Made by a program: the position numbers and the translations under genes
Notes under the pieces: model-generated
What the model was told of the DNA's origin: nothing
Database searches by the model: none
What the model saw: the letters and a program-made list of their open reading frames with translations, nothing else
Source: Eledone cirrhosa
Lineage: Eukaryota
Length of the DNA: 64,000 bases
Reading direction: 5' to 3'
Assembly: GCA_964016885.1 (NCBI GenBank)
Contig: OZ024750.1
Span: 55,056,001-55,120,000 of the forward strand
Shown here: piece by piece, positions 11,491 through 22,963 of the stretch
Layout: each line of letters begins with the position of its first letter
Numbering within the stretch: position 1 is the stretch's first letter

Positions 11491-11558
11491 ACATACATAT
11501 GTACACATATACACATACATATATATATATATATACACACACATATATATCAGTGTAC

Positions 11559-11593
<35 letters not shown>

Positions 11594-12063
11594 AATGAAT
11601 ATTTATTCAATTTAAAGCCCCAATTATCTATATATAACAAGATATGAATTTTTCTAGGGATGGGGAAATTTTCAGTTTGTTTTTATATTTTCACTTCATT
11701 TTTTACTTTCTATTTAATACAGTCTTTGATCCAATATAATCCTGACAGTATTTGAACCAGTTTACCTCATATATATGTATGCACACACAACACTCAAGTT
11801 TCGCCATCTACTGCTATTTCATTCATATTTATTGTTTAATTAACTCTGGTCTAATTCATCAACTATTGTTAATTATATTATTACGTAGATTTCTTATAAA
11901 ATCTATTGCATATATACGTGTATATATACAGGGAGACACTGTGTAATAGATGTAAAGAGAGTGGGAGATAGAGTTATAGAAGTAAAGAGAGGGAGAGAAA
12001 TAAGCGGTAGATAGAGCAATAGATGTAAAGAGAGGGTTAGAACGTTCAACTTGACAGTCAGTA

Positions 12064-12135
12064 CATATGCCAACTACCCAACCGGCCAGCCAGCCGTATT
12101 TGCGGTTGACTGGCCAGTTGGGCGGTTGGTATGTG
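12064..12135. other. 72-nt unbulged hairpin (type-1 allele) between direct repeats
   Basis: catatgccaactacccaaccggccagccagccg pairs with cggttgactggccagttgggcggttggtatgtg. Confidence 0.85.
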
Positions 12136-12266
12136 GAACGTTCAACTATGCAGTCAGTACCAAAGTTCAACATTGTAGCCAGTGCATATGCCGATCGCCG
12201 CGACCTCTTTGCTCTATTTAAATGACCTGGAACTAAGTAAAAAGAGTAGGAGATAACTCGACAAGA

Positions 12267-12351
12267 GCGGAGAGGGTGAGATTCGAACCATGTAAAGTCG
12301 TTGGCTCCTGAACTTCGTAAGCGGGGCTGCTACTGACTGAGCAACGCCGGC
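12267..12351 (-). pseudogene. tRNA-like Pol III element (A box, B box, downstream T5); cloverleaf imperfect
   Basis: Minus strand GCCGGCGTTGCTCAGTCAGTAG...GGTTCGAATCTC; TTTTT at 12243-12239. Acceptor, anticodon and T stems pair poorly. Confidence 0.55.
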
Positions 12352-13120
12352 AGCAAGGCAAATCGCGCATAAAATAACGCTTATATCGAGAAAATAAAAC
12401 AAAAATTTCAATGTTGCACTCTTGTTTGTTGTTCTTTTATTTTACGTAAACATTTCGCTGCTCTAGCCTCTTATTTCCTATTAGATTACACTTAATTCCA
12501 TTAAACATTCATTCTTAGTCTCGTGGTAAACTATTTCATCTATATTTATATCGCTGTTACAGCCTTTTATTTCTACATCTATCACCTATAGCCACTGTTA
12601 CGCCGGTAGTATAAGTAGCTTTATAACAAGAAACGATGATATAACTCCACAAAATGTCTTCTTGAGCAAGACACTTCACCTCATATTGCTCCAGTACACC
12701 GAGTTACACATAGACAGATACATACATACACATATATATGTACACAGATAGAAATAAGAGGGAGATAGAGTAAAAGATGTAAAGATAGTGTAAAAGATTT
12801 AAAGAGAGGGTGAGAGTGTGACACACATTTATCTGTCTATCTCTCTCTATTTTAACACCGGTCGTTATAATTAGTTTTATAACACCGCTATATTACCGAC
12901 ATGAAAGAGGTAAATAATTATTTCTTAAATGTTTAGAACATGTTTCTCTTGTCTTCTTAAATGTATAGAACATGTTTCTTATTTATATTCTTAACATAGC
13001 TAGGACCTTATCTCATTTACTGGTCTCTACTTTTAGGGCTTTGCTGGTCCCATGTGCCCTCCATGAAGACACACTCGCCCCTTCTCTCTCAGTCTCCGTA
13101 CTAATTACTACACATACGTA

Positions 13121-15345
13121 TATATATTTATTTTAAGAAACCTTAATGACAAATAATATAAAGTGTTTGTAAAGTGGGGAAGAGTAGTTTTACGGTGGGG
13201 TTGTTATATAGATATCGTTTTTGCAGTGGGGTCGTGACTGGCGTATAATAATGAGTCACTGTTGATGTATATACAAATCATATTTTGGATATAAGTGAAG
13301 TTATTTAAGAGATTTAGTTGTTTTGTATACATTCCAGTTGTTGTCTCCCTGTTTCTTCTTCAACAACTATAACGGTACGCGATGGGGCCCACCCACAGCC
13401 CCGGCGGACAGAATGGAGAAGGCGTTTCCCCGGAGCACGGCAAGGGAGACGCGCTGGAAAAGCCACTCCAACTCGCGGGGCTCACACCTGCGACTGGCCA
13501 GCTCAGCGCCTATGGTGGTGAGTAAGGAGGTAGCCCTGGGGTCGAGGACACCAGAAGTCTCCACTTCCAGGGGTACGACCGCAAACCTGTCGGAGAGTGA
13601 ACGATATGTGAGGAGTTTGGCCCTCTCAGCCTGACGTGCAGCAGAACCTGGGCCAGTCGCAGACTGCACCAGGTTGCGGCTGCAGAAAGTGTCGGTGCAA
13701 GTGGCATCCCAGACGAGGGGTTTGCCACCGCGGAACGGGAAGATGGTCATGCCATCTGGCCTTTTGCCGTCCCCTGGAGCTGGGAAGGGAAGCCTGCAGC
13801 GTCCAAGCCATGCTTAATGATTTCGTTGAGGGCAGCATGGCGTGGATTGCGGCTGGCACTGTGGCGACAGGAAAGCGGGTGGAGGCCGAAAGAGTCCATG
13901 GTGGAACGGCAGCGACATTGGTGTGAGGCCGAGCCTCAGGGAAACGCCGATGCGCAAGCTATGGTTGTCTAGCTGCGTGCGAGTGGAGAAGGAGGGCAGG
14001 GCATGGAGCCAGGCCCCACTGTGGGGTTTGGAGGCCGCACGAAAACAAACAAGGCGGTGCTGGTCGAGCTGGCACGTGAGCCTGTCTGAGGCCAGGCTGC
14101 ACTGGATGGCATCCCAAGTGTGTTGGGGGGACTTGACGTCAACAGGGGGAGAAGGAGGAGGAACGTCTACTGGGCTAAGTCCCAGCCGGTGCCACGTCTC
14201 ACAGGCGGCCACGCGTTCTCTGAACACAGAGGGTTCTGTTGTGTTTTGAAGAACCCTGCTGAGGTGGACGTGGTACGAGGTTACCGACGAAAGATACGCC
14301 GGCAAAGCTAGTGAGATCGGGGACTGGAGGCGAAGGTCGCCATACCTGATAGGTAAAGTTGCATATCTCATCGGCTGCTGCTCGGATACAAGTCTGGGTG
14401 TAGCACAGAGTGTATAGAGGAGCTTCGGCATGGCGTAGCAGTTCCTCAGCAGAAAGAGAACTGGGTGGCCATCAATCAAGCCCAGTCGGCTCGTGAGAGT
14501 CTGAACTTGATGGTGGAGCGGATGGCCGGCGGGTGGATCGGTGAGGGCATCCTCTTTGGGGGTCACCTGAACCTGGCGGAGAATGGACCGCACGTCCAAG
14601 ACGGAGACTGCAAAGCTTGCAGCATCGAGGCTGACATTCACCACCTCCGACTTGGCTGAGTTGACCTGGAGGTCGATTCCCGCCAGGGCAGGAACCACCG
14701 ATTGAAGGTCATGGCAGACCGCCTGTACGGGCCCACCCAAAGTAGCATCATCCAGATACCAAACGTTGAGAGGGGCCGTTATACTCCGGGCGATGTGGTC
14801 AATACCAAGGGTGAACAGGAGGGGTCCCAAAGGGTTGCCCTGTTGGATCCCAGTAGCCAAGGGTATGACCGTATCAGCAGCATGTCGCATGCTCGGGGCT
14901 CCATATGACAGCTAGGCAGAGGGGGCTCGGCTGAGGCAGGCCTCGAGCAGATGATCCCAGCGTAAAGAGTTGAAGGCATTCCTCATGTCAAACTTGACAA
15001 TGAGGTGGCTGGAGTCCCTGGATGCCGGTTCCGAGTGTTACGGACTTGCAGGTTACCTTGGCAGCCAGCCTCCGGAAGACATTGCCCACAGCAATGGGGC
15101 GTATGCCACCCTCTTTCTTCCTGAGAGCGGTGAAGCTGGCTGAAAAAAAGAGGCCTCGAGCATAAGAGTCCAGGGCGCCATGGATGAGCCTATTGGTGAG
15201 CGCCACAATTGCACTCAGAAGGCGGCGCCCGGCCTCAGCGGAGAGGGGAGATGTCAACTCCTTGAGGAGGCCTGGTCAGAGACCATCAACATCACCGCAG
15301 CTGCTAGCTGGGAAGGACCTGATGGCGGACATGATGTCTGCATCA
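13121..15345 (-). mobile_element. CRE-like RLE non-LTR retrotransposon remnant, copy B (type 1)
   Basis: RT motifs IRPIAVG, QQGNPLGPLLF and WYLDD. CRC-x9-H-x3-C knuckle and RH motif in a shifted frame; KRPDG..WDATCTDT..PLEVETSG endonuclease. Frameshifted and 5'-truncated; 3' end placed at aaaataaatatatat (approximate). Confidence 0.88.
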
Positions 15346-15999
15346 GAAGCCACAAGGAGCAAGTGTGGATTACAATACAAAACCTCTGAGAATGATTTCT
15401 AAGATATTTCACCATAATTAATTTTCATCAATATATATTAATATTATTATTGTTTATTAGGTCAGGTGGATTGGCCAGAACAATTCTACTCTTCTTTTTT
15501 AGATGTCACGATTTTTCATGGCATTCCTGAGATCATTAATCTCCAGCTGGAGATCCAGAGACATCTGATGTATGTAGGTGAACCTCAGTCATCCCACTTG
15601 GGTCTTACTATGTTTAGGTATCCACCACAGGAGCCAGCTCATCAGGTCATCCTACCCTCAGCAGCAATGTCCAGCATCTATTGATTTCCGCTCCCTAGTT
15701 ATTGTGGTAATCTTCGATATCTGGGAATATATTTCTTCTGCTTAAGGGAGTAATAAATATATAGTTTTAAAAAAAACATATATATACACACACATATATA
15801 TATGTTGTCATTTATAAGAGTTCTCTATCAAAAGCCTTCTCTATGTCCAAAGCTAAGTATAGTGGCTTATTTTTCTCTAAGAACCTCTTTTGTAGTTGTC
15901 TCACTAAGAAGAGGGCATCTGTTGCACTTTTCAGCGGCACAAAACCAAACTGCATCTCATACATATACATACATACATACATATACACATACATACATA

Positions 16000-16351
16000 C
16001 ATCATCATCATCATCATCATCATTTCGTTTTAAGTCCGCTTTTTCCCTGCTTGCAAGGGTGGGACGGGAACTGATTCTGGCTTGATTTCTACAGCTGGAT
16101 GCCCTTCCTAACACCAACCTCATTTACAGTGAGTGCTGAGTGCTTTTTTGCCGTGGCACCTCCACGACCACTTTGCAGTGGAATGATATGGACCCCAGTC
16201 CCTATCATCTCATTTCTACAGCTGAGTAAACTGGAGCAATGTGAAATAAAGTGTCTTGCTCAAGGAAACAACACATCACCCGGTCTGAGAATTGAACTCA
16301 CAACCTTTCGATTGCCAGGCCAATGCTCGAACCACTAAGCCATGTGCCTCC
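16000..16351 (-). mobile_element. tRNA-derived SINE with CORE-like body and RTE-type 3' tail
   Basis: Head GGAGGCACATGGCTTAGTGG..GAGTTCAATTCTC; body TCCTTGAGCAAGACACTT; tail shared with the RTEs plus (GAT)n. Confidence 0.88.
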
Positions 16352-16842
16352 ATATACATATACATATACATACATATATATATACATACATACATATATA
16401 CACATACATACATACACATACATACACATATACATACATATATATACATACATACACATACATAGATATATATATATACATAATATAAATATACACACAT
16501 ACACATACATAAGCATATACACATAAGTATATTTACATATACACACGTATATATACATATACATACATACATATATACACATACATACATATATACATAC
16601 ATACACACATATACATACATATATACATATACACATACATACATATACATACATATACACATACATATATATATATATACATACACACACATATATACAT
16701 ACACACACATATATACAAACACATACATATACACATATATACACATACATACACATACATATACATACATATACACATATACACTCATATATACATATAC
16801 ATACATACACACACATACATACATATATACATATACATACAT
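16352..16842. repeat. Compound (TACA/TA/CA)n microsatellite (also ~32102, 37393, 43337, 49266, 61883)
   Basis: Directly visible; source of the YIH/MYVC low-complexity ORFs. Confidence 0.95.
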
Positions 16843-17391
16843 AAAGACAAATCCACCTCATGGACGAGAATGCAAGGGCTCCTCCTCTTTGTTTCGGCCG
16901 CGGATGGCTAACCCTAACCCCATCCCCGCTCCCCACTGCTCCCAACCTCCAAACGCAATCCAAAACTTCAGAGTTGGTACCATTAATGTAGGCACCTTAT
17001 AGGGTGGCTCTAACGAGGTTGTAGAAATGCTTGAACGTAAGGAGGTCGATGTTTGTTGTATTCAAGAGACCAGGTGGAGGGGTGGGTCTGCTAGATTCAT
17101 CGTGGGTAAAGAACGATGCTATACGCTTTTCTGTGTGGCAAATGACAATGGGCTGGGTATACACATACCACCCCACCTCCCCACCGCAAAGTGGTCGTGG
17201 AGGCGCCGCGGCCAAAAAGCACCCAGCCCACACTGTAAAGCTGACGTGGAGGTGCCACGGAAAAAAAAAAGCACCCAGCACTCACTGCAAACGGGGTTGG
17301 CGTCAGGAAGGGCACCCAGCTGTAGAAACCAATCCAGAATCAGCTCCCACCCCACCCTTGCAAGCATGGAAAAGCGGACGTATGATGAAGT

Positions 17392-17395
<4 letters not shown>
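16843..17395 (+). mobile_element. Bipartite (internally deleted) non-autonomous RTE
   Basis: RTE N-terminus [37 protein letters not shown] joined at ~17158 to RTE 3' UTR and tail. Confidence 0.85.
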
Positions 17396-17462
<67 letters not shown>

Positions 17463-18028
17463 TATATATATACACATATATATATACACACATATATATC
17501 AGTGTACATATATATATACATATATATATATATATAAATGAATATTTATTCAATTTAAAGCGCCAATTATCTATATATAACAAGATATGAATTTTTCTAG
17601 GGATGGGGAAATTTTCAGTTTGTTTTTATATTTTCACTTCATTTTTTACTTTCTATTTAATACAGTCTTTGATCCAATATAATCCTGACAGTATTTGAAC
17701 CAGTTTACCTCATATATATGTATGCACACACAACACTCAAGTTTCGCCATCTACTGCTATTTCATTCATATTTATTGTTTAATTAACTCTGGTCTAATTC
17801 ATCAACTATTGTTAATTATATTATTACGTAGATTTCTTATAAAATCTAGTGCATATATACGTGTATATATACAGGGAGACACTGTAATAGATGTAAAGAG
17901 AGTGGGAGATAGAGTTATAGAAGTAAAGAGAGGGGGAGAACTAAGCGGTAGATAGAGTAATAGATGTAAAGAGAGGGTTAGAACGTTCAACTTGACAGTC
18001 AGTACAATGTTCAGCATGGTAGCCAGTA

Positions 18029-18100
18029 CATATGCCAACTACCCAACCGGCCAGCCAGCCGCATATGCGGTTGACTGGCCAGTTGGGCGGTTGGTATGTG
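18029..18100. other. 72-nt unbulged hairpin (type-2 allele; also 33132, 39072, 45000, 63582; type-1 allele at 27814)
   Basis: Centre ccgcatatgcgg. Over 36 arm positions the only departures are 4 G.T and 3 C.A oppositions. Confidence 0.85.
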
Positions 18101-18231
18101 GAACGTTCAACTACGCAGTCAGTACCAAAGTTCAACATTGTAGCCAGTGCATATGCCGATCGCCGCACCCTCTTTGCTCTATTTTAATGACCTGGAACTA
18201 AGTAAAAAGAGTAGGAGATAACTCGACAAGA

Positions 18232-18316
18232 GCGGAGAGGGTGAGATTCGAACCATGTAAAGTCGTTGGCTCCTGAACTTCGTAAGCGGGGCTGCTACTG
18301 ACTGAGCAGCGCCGGC
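18232..18316 (-). pseudogene. tRNA-like Pol III element (also 28017, 33335, 39275, 45203, 63785)
   Basis: Same as 12267-12351 with one A-box substitution in type-2 units. Confidence 0.5.
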
Positions 18317-19099
18317 AGCAAGGCAAATCGCGCATAAAATAACGCTTATATCGACAAAAAAAAAAAAAAAATTTCAATGTTGCACTCTTGTTTGTTGTTC
18401 TTTTATTTTACGTAAACATTTCGCTGCTCTAGCCTCTTATTTCCTATTAGATTACACTTAATTCCATTAAACATTCATTCTTAGTCTCGTGGTAAACTAT
18501 TTCATCTATATTTATATCGCTGTTACAGCCTTTTATTTCTACATCTATCACCTATAGCCACTGTTACGCCGGTAGTATAAGTAGCTTTATAACAAGAAAC
18601 GATGATATAACTCCACAAAATGTCTTCTTCAGCAAGACACTTCACTTCATATTGCTCCAGTACACCGAGTTACACATAGACAGATACATACATACATACA
18701 CAGATAGAAATGAGAGGTAGATAGAGTAAAAGATTTAAAGAGAGTGTGAGAAGTACGAGTTAGATAGTGTAAAAGATTTAAAGAGAGGGTGAGAGTGTGA
18801 CACACATTTATCTGTCTATCTCTCTCTATTTTAACACCGGTCGTTATAATTAGTTTTATAACACCGCTATATTACCGACATGAAAGAGGTAAATAATTAT
18901 TTCTTAAATGTTTAGAACATGTTTCTCTTGTCTTCTTAAATGTATAGAACATGTTTCTTATTTATATTCTTAACATAGCTAGGACCTTATCTCATTTACT
19001 GGTCTCTACTTTTAGGGCTTTGCTGGTCCCATGTGCCCTCCATGAAGACACACTCGCCCCTTCTCTCTCAGTCTCCGTACTAATTACTACACATACGTA

Positions 19100-21266
19100 T
19101 ATATATTTATTTTAAGAAACCTTAATGACAAATAATATAAAGTGTTTGTAAAGTGGGGAAGAGTAGTTTTACGGTGGGGTTGTTATATAGATATCGTTTT
19201 TGCAGTGGGGTCGTGACTGGCGTATAATAATGAGTCACTGTTGATGTATATACAAATCATGTTTTGGATATAAGTGAAGTTATTTAAGAGATTTAGTTGT
19301 TTTGTATACATTCATAACGGTACGCGATGGGACCCACCCACAGCCCCGGCGGACAGAATTGAGAAGGCGTTTCCCCGGAGCACGGCAAGGGAGACGCGCT
19401 GGAAAAGCCACTCCAACTCGCGGGGCTCACACCTGCGACTGGCCAGCTCAGCGCCTATGGTGGTGAGTAAGGAGGTAGCCCTGGGGTCGAGGACACCAGA
19501 AGTCTCCACTTCCAGGGGTACGACCGCAAACCTGTCGGAGAGTGAACGATATGTGAGGAGTTTGGCCCCCTCAGCCTGACGTGCAGCAGAACCTGGGCCA
19601 GTCGCAGACTGCACCAGGTTGCGGCTGCAGAAAGTGTCGGTGCAAGTGGCATCCCAGACGAGGGGTTTGCCACCGCGGAACGGGAAGATGGTCATGCCAT
19701 CTAGCCTTTTGCCGTCCCCTCGAGCTGGGAAGGGAAGCCTGCAGCGTCCAAGCCATGCTTAATGACTTCGTTGAGGGCAGCATGGCGTGGATTGCGGGTG
19801 GAGGCCGAAAGAGTCCATGGTGGAACGGCAGCGACATTGGTGTGAGGCCGAGCCTCAGGGAAACGCCGATGCGCAAGCTATTGTTGTCTAGCTGCGTGCG
19901 AGTGGAGAAGGAGGGCAGGGCATGGAGCCAGGCCCCACTGTGGGGTTTGGAGGCTGCACGAAAACAAACAAGGCGGTGCTGGTCGAGCTGGCACGTGAGC
20001 CTGTCTGAGGCCAGGCTGCACTGGATGGCATCCCAAGTGTGTTGGGGGGGACTTGACGTCAACAGGGGGAGAAGGAGGAGGAACGTCTACTGGGCTAAGT
20101 CCCAGCCGGTCCCACGTCTCACAGGCGGCCACGCGTTCTCTGAACACAGAGGGTTCTGTTGTGTTTTGAAGAACCCTGCTGAAGAGGACGTGGTACGAGG
20201 TTACCGACGAAAGATATGCCGGCAAAGCTAGTGAGATCGGGGACTGGAGGCGAAGGCCGCCATACCTGACAGGTAAAGTTGCATATCTCATCGGCTGCTG
20301 CTCGGATACAAGTTTAGGTGTAGCACAGAGTGTATAGAGGAGCTTCGGCATGGCGTAGCAGTTCCTCAGCAGAAAGAGAACTGGGTGGCCATCAATCAAG
20401 CCCAGTCGGCTCGTGAGAGTCTGGACTTGATGGAGGAGCGGATGGCCGGCGGGTGGATCGGTGAGGGCATCCTCTTTGGGGGGTCACCTGAACCTGGCGG
20501 AGAATGGACCGCACGTCCAAGACGGAGACTGCAAAGCTTGCAGCATCGAGGCTGACATTCACCACCTCCGACTTGGCTGAGTTGACCTGGAGGTCGATTC
20601 CCGCCAGGGCAGGAACCACCGATTGAAGGTCATGGCAGACCGCCTGTACGGGCCCACCCAAAGTAGCATCATCCAGATACCAAACGTTGAGAGGGGCCGT
20701 TATACTCCAGGCGATGTGGTCAATACCAAGGGTGAACAGGAGGGGTCCCAAAGGGTTGCCCTGTTGGATCCCAGTAGCCAAGGGTATGACCGTATCAGCA
20801 GCATGGCGCATGCTTGGGGCTCCATATGACAGGTAGGCAGAGGGGGCTCGGCTGAGGCAGGCCTCGAGCAGATGATCCCAGCGTAAAGAGTTGAAGGCAT
20901 TCCTCATGTCAAACTTGACAATGAGGTGGCTGGAGGCCCTGGATGCCGGTTCCGAGTGTTACGGACTTGCAGATTACCTTGGCAGCCAGCCTCCGGAAGA
21001 CATTGCCCACAGCAATGGGGCGTATGCCATCCTCTTTCTTCCTGAGAGCGGTGAGGCTGGCCGAAAAAAAGAGGCCTCGAGCATAAGAGTCCAGGGCGCC
21101 ATGGATGAGCCTATTGGTGAGCGCCACAATTGCACTCAGAAGGCGGCGCCCGGCCTCAGCGGAGAGGGGAGATATCAACTCCTTGAGGAGGCCTGGTCAG
21201 AGACCATCAACATCTCCGCAGCTGCTAGCTGGGAAGGACCTGATGGCGGACATGATGTCTGCATCA
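19100..21266 (-). mobile_element. CRE-like remnant, copy C (type 2)
   Basis: As copy B, with 34-bp and 26-bp deletions and extra G-run frameshifts. Confidence 0.88.
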
Positions 21267-22222
21267 GAAGCCACAAGGAGCAAGTGTGGATTACAATACA
21301 AAACCTCTGAGAATGATTTCTAAAATATTTCACCATAATTAATTTTCATCAATATATATTAATATTATTATTGTTTATTAGGTCAGGTGGATTGGCCAGA
21401 ACAATTCTACTCTTCTTTTTTAGATGTCACGATTTTTCATGGCATTCCTGAGATCATTAATCTCCAGCTGGAGATCCAGAGACATCTGATGTATGTAGGT
21501 GAACCTCAGTCATCCCACTTGGCTCTTACTATGTTTAGGTATCCACCACAGGAGCCAGCTCATCAGGTCATCCTACTCTCAGCAGCAATGTCCAGCATCT
21601 ATTGATTTCCGCTCCCTAGTTATTGTGGTAATCTTCGATATCTGGGAATATATTTCTTCTGCTTAAGGGAGTAATAAATATATAGTTTTAAAAAAAACAT
21701 ATATATACACACACATATATATATGTTGTCATTTATAAGAGTTCTCTATCAAAAGCCTTCTCTATGTCCAAAGCTAAGTATAGTGGCTTATTTTTCTCTA
21801 AGAACCTCTTTTGTAGTTGTCTCACTAAGAAGAGGGCATCTGTTGCACTTTTCAGCGGCTTAATTAATTAATGAGGTTTAATTAATGAGGAATTTTGAGG
21901 TATTTATAACAATTATTAATTATTTCATTACTGAGATATCATTTGAAGGACTTACTAATGTTTTTATTTATTAATTATTTTATTAGTAACTTAACATGTG
22001 GTTCTTGTATAAAATTATGTTGGAAGATTTTAGGAAGATGCTATGTAGCCGGTCGCGGTAAAATAGACGCCCAGGCTATGTAGCCGGTAAGAGTGTCAGA
22101 CTCCATGTGTTGCGGCCCTTTATGGTCTGAGTTAAGACAATTTAAAATCTTTTCCACCATCAATTGTTAAAAAACAAGTTAAAATCATTTTGTCGTCCAT
22201 TTGTAACGTACGTTACACTTTA

Positions 22223-22963
22223 GTTACATACACATATACTATGTTACATACACACATCTACTGTGTTACATACACACACATCAACTGGGTTATATACACA
22301 CACATCTACTGCGTTACATACACATCTACTGTGTTACACACACATCTACTGTGTTACATACACACACATCTACTGAGTTACATACACACACATCTACTGT
22401 GTTACATACACACACATCTTCTGTGTTACATACACACATCTACTATGTTACATACACACATCTACTGTGTTACATACACACACCTGTGTTACATACACAC
22501 ACATCTACTGAGTTACATACACACAGATCTACTGTGTTACATACACACACATCTACTGTGTTACACACATCTTCTATGTTACATACACACAATCTACTGT
22601 GTTACATACACACATCTACTGAGTTACATACACACACATCTACTGAGTTACATACACACACATGTACTGTGTTACATACACACATCTACTGTGTTACATA
22701 CATACATATCTACTGTGTTACATACATACACATCTACTGTTACATACACACATCTACCGTGCTACACACACACATCTACCGTGTTACACACACACATCTA
22801 CCGTGTTACACACACACATCTACCGTGTTACACACACACATCTACTGAGTTACATACACATATACTGAGTTACATGCAAACACACATCTACTCTGTTACA
22901 TATACACATCTACTGTGTTACATACACATCTACTGTGATACACACACACACATCTACTCATAC
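22223..22963. repeat. Minisatellite, duplicate of 2183-2900 (about one unit longer)
   Basis: Same unit; the spanning ORF is 268 aa vs 260 aa. Confidence 0.95.

Noticed and set aside
11620-11645. a|tctatatataa as a Helitron 5' end defining the unit
   Set aside because: No matching subterminal hairpin plus CTRR was found at the corresponding unit end, and the motif is common in this AT-rich DNA.
12267-12351. Functional tRNA gene (Arg-ACG or Val-TAC)
   Set aside because: The acceptor, anticodon and T stems do not pair and the anticodon register is ambiguous. Kept only as tRNA-like.
13000-15460. CRE inserted site-specifically into a spliced-leader or snRNA gene array
   Set aside because: No recognisable SL/snRNA sequence or TSD at either end; all copies share the same truncation, so they come from one insertion.
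16908-16921. ctaaccctaaccc telomere-like motif
   Set aside because: Only two units, and it is in-frame RTE N-terminal coding sequence (MANPNP).
16276-16963. Long MYVC/YIHT ORFs here and at ~32.0, 37.3, 43.3, 49.2 and 61.8 kb
   Set aside because: They are stop-free (TA/CA/TACA)n microsatellite.
19581-20231. 216-aa plus-strand ORF and similar ORFs overlapping CRE or RTE copies
   Set aside because: Antisense shadows of GC-rich retroelement coding sequence; recurrence only reflects the duplication.
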